IMG/VR virus record: IMGVR_UViG_3300037311_000471
Span: 1 to 41,099 of that record
Direction: 5' to 3' (one strand)
Length of the DNA stretch: 41,099 nt
Origin: a virus
Lineage: Duplodnaviria; Caudoviricetes
Position 1 is the stretch's first letter. The number at the start of each line of letters is the position of its first letter. The position numbers and the translations under genes were made by a program. Below are positions 26,905 through 34,073 of this stretch, one piece after another. Below the pieces are notes generated by a model. The model made no database searches and was not told the DNA's origin. It worked only from the letters and a program-made list of their open reading frames with translations.

Positions 26905-27912
26905 ATGCCTTTAACTATTAGTAATACTGCGTATGCAGGGGAGGTAATTGCAGTTTTTTTAACGAAAGCAGTTGCTAAAAATCTTTCTGTAAGAAAGGGC
27001 ATCCTTGCAGTAGAGGCAGGTATCAAAAAACAAAAGGAAGTCCCTACGATTGACGTGAATGACATGATTCAGCCAAGAGTAGAGGAGCCTGACCGCACAA
27101 AGCACAGTGGAAGTGTTGCGGTAGATGCAAGGTTTTTAAGACCGCAAGACATGATGTTTTTGGTGGACTTTAACCCTGCCAAGTTTGAAAACCACTGGTT
27201 TAATACTCAATTGGGTAAGTATTTACTTGATGAGGAACTCCCCATGATTGCTGAAAATGCAATTACTCAATATCTCATGGAAAAAGGCGGTGAGCAGCTC
27301 GACAGTCATATTTGGCAATCCGTGTATCAGCCTACGGTCATTGCTACGGTCAAATCCTCAGGCTGGACGGGTATCACTGACCGCAAAATCTTCTTTAATG
27401 GTTTCTTGCCTCGCTTCTTAGCGGATTCAAATGTAATTAAAGTACCAACGCCTGTGGCTTTTTCAAAGGCAAACATCTTTGATAAGTTTGAGGCAGTGAA
27501 ATCTTTAGTACCCGTGGCTATCAAGGAGAATCCAAACTTGAAGTATCTCTGCAACGAAAAAACCATTGAATTGTACGAATTGGCTCAACAAGGGCAGAAC
27601 TACAAAGGTGCGAATGTTACTGATGCTGGCAAGCGTACTTTTGGGGGCAAGGAAATCGTAGTGATTAGCGGCATTCCTGATGATACCATCATTGCTGGTG
27701 TGTTTACTGATGACTTGGAGTCAAATATCTGGCTTGGGGTCAATGAGGTAGATGAGCAAGACTACATCAAACTGGACAAGTGGACAAATGCGGGTGAAAA
27801 CTGGTTTATGAAGTCCCTCTTCAAGATGGATGTAAACTATGCCTTCCCTGCTCAGATTGTGGTTTATACCACTTGGGAGCTACCCAATGGCGTGAGCTAT
27901 ACAGCTTACTAA
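26905..27912 (+). CDS. Major capsid protein
   Basis: 335 aa directly after the protease/scaffold; HK97-like size and composition; assignment mostly by synteny. Confidence 0.78.
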   Translation: MPLTISNTAYAGEVIAVFLTKAVAKNLSVRKGILAVEAGIKKQKEVPTIDVNDMIQPRVEEPDRTKHSGSVAVDARFLRPQDMMFLVDFNPAKFENHWFNTQLGKYLLDEELPMIAENAITQYLMEKGGEQLDSHIWQSVYQPTVIATVKSSGWTGITDRKIFFNGFLPRFLADSNVIKVPTPVAFSKANIFDKFEAVKSLVPVAIKENPNLKYLCNEKTIELYELAQQGQNYKGANVTDAGKRTFGGKEIVVISGIPDDTIIAGVFTDDLESNIWLGVNEVDEQDYIKLDKWTNAGENWFMKSLFKMDVNYAFPAQIVVYTTWELPNGVSYTAY

Positions 27913-27927
27913 GAAAGGAGAAAGGCA

Positions 27928-28149
27928 ATGTTAGAAGCTATTACACCACTACTCATCAATGCAATTGCCTCTTTCTCAGGGGCATATCTCGCATTTATGA
28001 GTAGGGTTAATCCAAAACTCGCAGTATTAAGGGCTGAAAAGGCTGTGATATTGAAAGAGTTGCATATTTGCAAAGCTAAGATTCACGCTTTGGAAATGAA
28101 GGTGGTAGAACTTGAAACAAGACTGAACAACGAGCATGACAGAGTTTAG
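27928..28149 (+). CDS. One-TM plus coiled-coil protein; holin or antiholin candidate
   Basis: N-terminal hydrophobic helix; near the endolysin. Confidence 0.5.
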   Translation: MLEAITPLLINAIASFSGAYLAFMSRVNPKLAVLRAEKAVILKELHICKAKIHALEMKVVELETRLNNEHDRV

Positions 28150-28375
28150 AGAGAACATTATCATTAGCACCAATATACTCATGTGGCTTTTTGTGGGCAA
28201 TTACTTGGTCGCGGCATGGTTTGACCCGATGCAGATAAATGATGCCAATTTAGATTTCTTTGCATTTTTGGCAGGGCTTGCCACCGTAGTATTGGTATTT
28301 CAATTAGTCTATAACAAGATTGCCGACTCTATAGGCAACTTTCATAAGCATTTTGAAATCAAAAAAAGAACCTAA
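28136..28375 (+). CDS. Two-TM small protein; holin candidate
   Basis: Two hydrophobic helices and a basic C-terminus. Confidence 0.55.
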   Translation: MTEFRENIIISTNILMWLFVGNYLVAAWFDPMQINDANLDFFAFLAGLATVVLVFQLVYNKIADSIGNFHKHFEIKKRT

Positions 28376-28377
28376 GC

Positions 28378-28449
28378 GCGTAGGGTTACAGATAGTTGGT
28401 AGTTCCCAGAGTGGTAACTCCCCACGCTAAAGCGTAGGGTTACAGATAG
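28378..28449. repeat. REP element with partial tandem duplication
   Basis: GCGTAGGGTTACAGATAG at 28378-28395 and 28432-28449; hairpin CCCCACGCTAAAGCGTAGGG. Confidence 0.7.
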
Positions 28450-28498
28450 ACTTATTATTTATTTAATCATTTAAAATTTATTTTTAAACAAGAATACA

Positions 28499-29227
28499 AT
28501 GGAAAAAAGAGGAATTACGTACCTGACGACCTTACTCATGTTCGTCATTACCATTATTACCCTCACCATCTCTATGGTGCAAGGCAAGTTAAGTGGCATT
28601 TTTACACGCATCGGCAAAGGCTTGATGCTCATCGGTCAGCTCAGTGCCATCGGCAGAAACTGGGGCATCTTGCGCGAAGAACTCGACGACCTCTCCATAC
28701 AAGAGGAAGAGGAACTGGCACAAAGGGCAGTGATTGAGCTGGAAATTAAGGATACTGAAACCGCACTACACATTACACGCAAGTCGATTAAGCTGGTGCG
28801 TGAGTTGGTAGATTTTGTACAGGAACTCTCCAAAATTGGCAAGATAGAAGCCTTAGCAAGCATGGTCGCCCTGCTACTGTGCTTAAACCTAACGCCTACC
28901 TATGCCCAAGCGTCCATCGACTCGGCACGCGTTAATGTCTTTACCGCCACAAAGACCAATGCGGTTTATGTCAATCAAACCTTTGCCTCTCAGGTTACGG
29001 GCATATTTTTTCAAGCCCCCGATGCCACTTTATATATGACCAGAGCAGGTGTAGAATACAGAATATTAAAGACACGCGTACAAGGCAGGGGTGAGCAGGG
29101 CAATGTAGATGACTTTTTCAAAAACCAATTCATTCTGAGGGCAAAAGATACAGTCAGATTCCGAACGGATGGCGGCAATGCACTGATATACTTTTTGCTG
29201 AGGCGAACGACAAGCACAGGGCAGTAG
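28499..29227 (+). CDS. Late protein with N-terminal TM, acidic helical domain, internal signal-peptide-like segment and beta-rich C-terminal domain
   Basis: 'KIGKIEALASMVALLLCLNLTPTYA|QAS' in the middle of the ORF. Confidence 0.7.
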   Translation: MEKRGITYLTTLLMFVITIITLTISMVQGKLSGIFTRIGKGLMLIGQLSAIGRNWGILREELDDLSIQEEEELAQRAVIELEIKDTETALHITRKSIKLVRELVDFVQELSKIGKIEALASMVALLLCLNLTPTYAQASIDSARVNVFTATKTNAVYVNQTFASQVTGIFFQAPDATLYMTRAGVEYRILKTRVQGRGEQGNVDDFFKNQFILRAKDTVRFRTDGGNALIYFLLRRTTSTGQ

Positions 29228-29260
29228 TAAGCAAGTGCGATAAAAATATAAATTGAGGTT

Positions 29261-29362
29261 GGAGGGTTCATGGTTGTAAAATTCTCCTAAAATATACCAG
29301 CAACCAAAAACAGAGAATATAAAAAAGGCAGGGGACACAGTGTTATGAACCTGCCTTTTTTT
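29261..29362 (+). ncRNA. Candidate cis-regulatory RNA: H-type pseudoknot followed by an intrinsic terminator
   Basis: Stem 1: 29261-29268 with 29280-29287; stem 2: TGGTTG (29271-29276) with CAACCA (29301-29306); terminator AAAAAAGGCAGG...CCTGCCTTTTTTT (29321-29362). Confidence 0.45.
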
Positions 29363-29378
29363 CTAAAAAGTAGAATCC

Positions 29379-29894
29379 ATGAAAAGGCAAGAAGATTTTA
29401 TAAAAAGGTATTGGGGATATGCAAAGGCAATCCAAGACATTCACGGCTTTAGTGCAATCGCCATACTTGCCCAGTGTGCTGTGGAAACTGGTTGGGGCAG
29501 GAGCATAGTGGGCAATATGATGTTTGGGGTGAAGGATACTGATGGGGTGAATGGCAATGAGCAATTGCTTATCACTACGGAATATCTGAATAAGCCTAAT
29601 GCCAAATTCCCTGCTGTGCTGAGGGTTACTCAAGTTTCAAAGAACCTTTGGAAGTATGTAGTAAGAGACTATTTTAGAAAATATAAAACGCCATACGATT
29701 CTTTTTTAGATTATGTGCTTTTTATAAAAAGGAATAGAAGGTACAGCAAGGCTGTGGAGGTTAGAGATAACTATGTTCCGTATTTATTTGAGGTTTCAAA
29801 GGCGGGCTATGCTACAGCAAAAAACTATTATGAAACGTGCATCGCAGTAGCAGAGCAAATAGAAAAAATTGCAAAGAGATTAAATCTATCATAG
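29379..29894 (+). CDS. Endolysin, GH73 / FlgJ-like glucosaminidase
   Basis: 'ILAQCAVETGWG..NMMFGVK..T.EY..FRKY....SF.DY..F...N.RY..AGYAT'. Confidence 0.9.
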   Translation: MKRQEDFIKRYWGYAKAIQDIHGFSAIAILAQCAVETGWGRSIVGNMMFGVKDTDGVNGNEQLLITTEYLNKPNAKFPAVLRVTQVSKNLWKYVVRDYFRKYKTPYDSFLDYVLFIKRNRRYSKAVEVRDNYVPYLFEVSKAGYATAKNYYETCIAVAEQIEKIAKRLNLS

Positions 29895-31058
29895 ATGATA
29901 ACTTTTAAAAAACAAAATGATGGGCTTTCGGGTGTACTACCTGGCGAAGACCACATATCAGGACTATTATTCTATGGCACTGCCCCCAGTGGCTATGCCA
30001 TAGGAGGCGTTCCTGTGCGACAGATAGCAAGCACAAAGCAAGCAGAAGACTTACTTATAGTAGGTACAGGAGCTACAAAGGTTTGGCACTATCATATTAG
30101 AGAGTTTTTCCGTATTCAGCCTAATTCGTTGCTTTGGGTGGGCATATTTGCTGCCCCTACATTGGCTGCCGATTACACTTTTGAGGAGGTAAAAACTATT
30201 CAAAACGAAGCAAATGGCAAAATAAGGCAAGTGGGCGTTTATGTTCAGATTCCTCTTGCCACGGCTCAAATCAATGCGTTGGATGGGATTTATGATGACC
30301 TCTTTGAAGATGAGTATTCGCCTTTATCAATCATTTATGCTGCTGATATTCAGTCCGTTACTGACCTTGCTACCTTGCCTGATTTGCGAGCTTTGACTGC
30401 TGAAAATGTAAGCGTAGTCATTGGGCAAGATGGAGGCGCAAAAGGGAAAATCCTCTTTGATGACGTAGATAAGTCTATTACGTGCTTGGGCGCATTGCTG
30501 GGGACTATCTCACAAGCGGCAGTACATGAAAATATAGGCTGGATAGAGCAATTCAATGTGGGTGAAACGGAATTAGATATACCTGCTTTTGCAAATGGCA
30601 ATTTATTTAAGGCTAAGACCAAAGCAGAAATAGAGGCTATCCACAATAAAGGGTACATCTTTTTGAAAAAAGAGAGAGGCATAGGAGGTACGTATTTCAA
30701 CGATTCGCCTACTTGTACTGCGCTATCAAACGACTTTAATCGCATAGAGCGAAATCGCACTATAGACAAAGTTGTAAGGGGAGTGAGGGCGGCACTTTTG
30801 CCCCAACAAAACTCACCAGTGCTGATAGACCCTGAGAATGGTAAGTTAGCCACAGAGGCAATAGCTTACTTTACAAGCCTTGCCAATAGACCTATTCAGC
30901 AAATGGAGCGTGATGGTGAGCTATCAGGTTACAGCGTATTCATAGACCCTGACCAGAACTTTTTAGCGCAGGGTAAACTTATGGTGAGCATTAAAAATGT
31001 GCCACTTGGTATCGTATTTAACTTTGATGTGAGCATTGGATTCACGAATAAGGTTTAA
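29895..31058 (+). CDS. Contractile tail sheath protein (DUF2586-like)
   Basis: 'GYIFLK..G.YFND.PT..DF..IE.NRTIDK..R' and 'MERDGELSG..V.IDP.QN'. Confidence 0.85.
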   Translation: MITFKKQNDGLSGVLPGEDHISGLLFYGTAPSGYAIGGVPVRQIASTKQAEDLLIVGTGATKVWHYHIREFFRIQPNSLLWVGIFAAPTLAADYTFEEVKTIQNEANGKIRQVGVYVQIPLATAQINALDGIYDDLFEDEYSPLSIIYAADIQSVTDLATLPDLRALTAENVSVVIGQDGGAKGKILFDDVDKSITCLGALLGTISQAAVHENIGWIEQFNVGETELDIPAFANGNLFKAKTKAEIEAIHNKGYIFLKKERGIGGTYFNDSPTCTALSNDFNRIERNRTIDKVVRGVRAALLPQQNSPVLIDPENGKLATEAIAYFTSLANRPIQQMERDGELSGYSVFIDPDQNFLAQGKLMVSIKNVPLGIVFNFDVSIGFTNKV

Positions 31059-31128
31059 TCAATAGTTATGAGTTATAAGTTATAAATTATTAAAACTCAT
31101 AACTCTTAACTCTTAATTTAAAAAATAT

Positions 31129-31569
31129 ATGGCAACACCAATAATACCATTGATTAATGGAGAAACATACGCTTGGTCAAGCATCAGGTGTGTAGTTTTG
31201 GGGAAATCAGTAACATCTATCTCGGCTGTGGAGTACGGCGTAAAGCAAGAAATGGAATCCGTGTACGGCGTGGGAGAGTTTCCAATTGGCTTGGGTTTAG
31301 GCAATAAATCAAGTGAGGGAAGTATAACCATGCTATTGGAAGAGGTGAAAGATTTAATAGCCCTCTCTCCTTCCAAGTATGGACACTTACAGGATATTCC
31401 TTTTTTCTCTGTGATAGTTACTTTCCAGCCAAGAGAGGGCGGGGCAGTACTTACGCACATTTTAGAATCGTGCAAGTTTATGGAAACTAATATTTCCGTT
31501 GGTCAAAATGACAAGAGTGTGGAGATAGAGTTGCCGTTGTATATTTCCAATGTTAGTTTGAAAGGGTAA
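31129..31569 (+). CDS. Tail tube protein
   Basis: 'LINGETYAWSSI..I.AVEY..YG.G..P...G.GN...EGSIT'; follows the sheath. Confidence 0.85.
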   Translation: MATPIIPLINGETYAWSSIRCVVLGKSVTSISAVEYGVKQEMESVYGVGEFPIGLGLGNKSSEGSITMLLEEVKDLIALSPSKYGHLQDIPFFSVIVTFQPREGGAVLTHILESCKFMETNISVGQNDKSVEIELPLYISNVSLKG

Positions 31570-31652
31570 AATAATTTATAAATGATGAGTTATAAATTAT
31601 AAATTATAAATGAAAAAAAATAATTCATAATTCATCATTCATAATTAAAGAC

Positions 31653-32471
31653 ATGGCTAAGACGATAGCAGAAATAGAGGCGGAAATAGATGCGAAGAAG
31701 GCGGAATACAGTGAGCTAAGTAACCTTAACTCACCTTCCCTGGTAGCTCGTTGGAAAATGTGGAGATACATCATTGCATTTTTCACCAATTATATTTGGC
31801 AACTTACTGACGCTTTTAAGTTGGAAATAGAGGACATCATTAAAAAAGGAGTGGCAGGGCGAGGAGATTGGTATGTAGCCAAAGCCTACGAGTTTCAGTA
31901 TGGTGATAACTTGACTGTGGTAGATAATGTCTTGCAATATGCAAGCATTGATGCGGATAAAAAGATTATCAAACGTGCCTCCTACTTTAATGATACGACT
32001 CAAAACCCGCCTGTGATTAAGCTACGTGTAGCTACTGAGGAGGTAGGAGGCAATATTGTGGGCTTGGGAAGCCCTCAGCTCATTGCTTTTACTGACTATA
32101 TTAATAGTATCATGTTTGCTGGCACTCGAATAGAGATTATTAGTCAGGCGACTGATTTGCTCAAATTCATTGCTACTATCTATTACAACCCACTTTTTGA
32201 CTTAGAAAGCCTGAAAGTAAAGGTGGAATCAGCTATTAAGGACTATTTGAAGAACCTGCCTTTTGATGGGCAGGTGAAAATAAGTGCCATCGTAGATGCG
32301 ATTCAAAAAATAGAAGGCGTGAGTGATGTGGTGGTAACTACCATACAAGCTAAAACTAATGTGGGGAGCTATGCGAATGTAGTGAGGGTTTATAATACGG
32401 TGGCAGGTTATATACAGATAGATGAGGCGAACTTTCCACTTTCTGCAAACTTAACTTATACACCTGAATAG
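31653..32471 (+). CDS. Baseplate J-like wedge protein
   Basis: 'WY..KA.EFQYGD', 'FAGT', 'YL.NLPFDG..DAIQKIEGV'. Confidence 0.75.
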   Translation: MAKTIAEIEAEIDAKKAEYSELSNLNSPSLVARWKMWRYIIAFFTNYIWQLTDAFKLEIEDIIKKGVAGRGDWYVAKAYEFQYGDNLTVVDNVLQYASIDADKKIIKRASYFNDTTQNPPVIKLRVATEEVGGNIVGLGSPQLIAFTDYINSIMFAGTRIEIISQATDLLKFIATIYYNPLFDLESLKVKVESAIKDYLKNLPFDGQVKISAIVDAIQKIEGVSDVVVTTIQAKTNVGSYANVVRVYNTVAGYIQIDEANFPLSANLTYTPE

Positions 32472-32472
32472 C

Positions 32473-32868
32473 ATGGGCGGAGTACAAAGATACAACTGGA
32501 ATGTAGGCAGGTTTGCTCAAATGCTTTTGCCCACTTTTGAAAAGTACAATAGGTACTGGGTGCTATGGCACTATTGCTTATGCACAGGCTTTGACCTTTC
32601 TCATAAGGAGTTACTCACTTGGATGCGGGAGCAAAGGGCAATGGCACTGGCTAACTCTCAGAGTCAGCTATTAGAGTATCACCTAAATAGGCTTTATGAT
32701 GTGGTGTTAAAAAGGATTTATATCGTGAATCACACGATTAACAATCCTACCAATCCTGACCCACAATTCACGGTGTATATTCCAAGTGTGGTGAATAGTG
32801 ATACGGTTAAGAAGTTTGTAGAGCGATTTGTACTATTAGATAAGAGTTTTGCAATTGTAGTGATATGA
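32473..32868 (+). CDS. Baseplate I-like wedge partner
   Basis: 'Q..LLEYHLNRLYD...RIYI..FTVYIP'; follows the J-like gene. Confidence 0.6.
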   Translation: MGGVQRYNWNVGRFAQMLLPTFEKYNRYWVLWHYCLCTGFDLSHKELLTWMREQRAMALANSQSQLLEYHLNRLYDVVLKRIYIVNHTINNPTNPDPQFTVYIPSVVNSDTVKKFVERFVLLDKSFAIVVI

Positions 32869-33371
32869 CAGCACAGGTATATACTGACTTGGTAGAGCGG
32901 CTTTGGGATAAGGTAGAAGGCTTGCTGTGGACTGACCTTTGGAATAGCCAAATAGCAAATGAGGATAAGGAATATCCTATCCTTTTTCCTGCTGTATTTC
33001 TGCATTTTAAAGAAGGCGCAGACAACCAAATGAGCTACGACCTATTGGAAGTTACAGGCATACTGACGGCAGTTATCGTTTTTGAAAATTATGAAGACCA
33101 CTATAAGAGTGCTTATAAGACTTTGAATCAAAATGCTTTGAAGTTTATGGACTTCAAAGACAAGGTTACTAAGGCGCTGCATGGATTCAAATCAGAAATG
33201 ATTAGAAGTCTATACCGCAAGAGCCAGCGATTGGATAGCAGTTTTACTAACCTATATATAGTAGAGCTTGATTTTGAAATTACCTACTACGATTTGGTGA
33301 ATGTGAAGCAAGACTGGGAGGAGCGTGAGCCTGTGTTTGAATATACAAAGGAGATAGTTAGTAGTATTTGA
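32865..33371 (+). CDS. Tail terminator / completion protein (Mu gp37-like)
   Basis: 'WTDLWNSQI..FPAVFLHF..V.KALHGF'. Confidence 0.65.
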   Translation: MTAQVYTDLVERLWDKVEGLLWTDLWNSQIANEDKEYPILFPAVFLHFKEGADNQMSYDLLEVTGILTAVIVFENYEDHYKSAYKTLNQNALKFMDFKDKVTKALHGFKSEMIRSLYRKSQRLDSSFTNLYIVELDFEITYYDLVNVKQDWEEREPVFEYTKEIVSSI

Positions 33372-33405
33372 TTATTTTTTAAACATAATTTAAAAAGTTT
33401 TTAAA

Positions 33406-33738
33406 ATGGAAGAGGAAAGAGAAATACATTTTACAGTAGAGCAAAAAAATAAATTGGAGGCACTAAAAAAGGTGCATGGCATAGTACAAGTGATTCAAAT
33501 ACCTGATAGTGAGGGTAATTTACATACTGCCTTTTTGAAAAAGCCTCAAAGACATACGCTTAGTTTCTACTTGGCAAAGGTAGCCAATGACCCTATTGTA
33601 GCGCATGAGGTATTATTAGATGCTTGCTGGATAGAGGGAGATACGGAGATTAAAAGCAATGACGATTTGTTTTTGAGTGCGATTCCCTTGCTTGGAGGCA
33701 TGATTCAGCTACGTCAGGGTTTTTTAAAAAAGTTTTAG
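33406..33738 (+). CDS. Tail assembly chaperone (short form)
   Basis: 'AFLKKP.R..CWIEGD.EIK.NDDLFL'; upstream of the tape measure gene; ends in a slippery sequence. Confidence 0.8.
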   Translation: MEEEREIHFTVEQKNKLEALKKVHGIVQVIQIPDSEGNLHTAFLKKPQRHTLSFYLAKVANDPIVAHEVLLDACWIEGDTEIKSNDDLFLSAIPLLGGMIQLRQGFLKKF

Positions 33739-33923
33739 AAGATACTGTATTAAAGAAGCGTGGTGAGGACTATGAGCCTCGCATGATAGATGCGCTTTTA
33801 CGGTATCACTTCCACATAGACCCTGACACGCTTGACGATGAAATGTGGGCAATGCGCTGGAACGAACTCAAGGAGGTATTGAAGTTTGAAAATGAGCGGA
33901 CTGGATTAAGCCACAAGAAGTAA
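33726..33923 (+). CDS. -1 programmed frameshift extension of the tail assembly chaperone
   Basis: A_AAA_AAG at 33726-33732 (overlapping T_TTA_AAA); the -1 frame is open to TAA at 33921-33923: VLEDTVLKKRGEDYEPRMIDALLRYHFHIDPDTLDDEMWAMRWNELK... Confidence 0.82.
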   Translation, partial: KKVLEDTVLKKRGEDYEPRMIDALLRYHFHIDPDTLDDEMWAMRWNELKEVLKFENERTGLSHKK

Positions 33924-34043
33924 GATTCTAATGATTAAATAGACAGTTCCAATTTTAGTAAGCAACTTCAATACTTGTGTATTGTATTTCATTGCCCAAA
34001 CTAAGGCGATAAGCAGAATAGGGAGAAAAAAAGCGTCAAACAT
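33906..34043 (-). CDS. 45-aa antisense two-TM peptide (not in the ORF track)
   Basis: MFDAFFLPILLIALVWAMKYNTQVLKLLTKIGTVYLIIRILLLVA; minus TAACTTTG box at 34083-34090. Confidence 0.6.
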   Translation of the reverse strand: MFDAFFLPILLIALVWAMKYNTQVLKLLTKIGTVYLIIRILLLVA

Positions 34044-34073
34044 AATTTTATATTTTATTAATTATTACGCAAA

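Noticed and set aside
29261-29306. preQ1-I riboswitch identity
   Set aside because: The GGAGG..TTC..A-rich tail resembles it superficially, but the ligand-pairing C before the 3' strand of P1 is missing and no queuosine genes are adjacent; kept only as an unassigned structure
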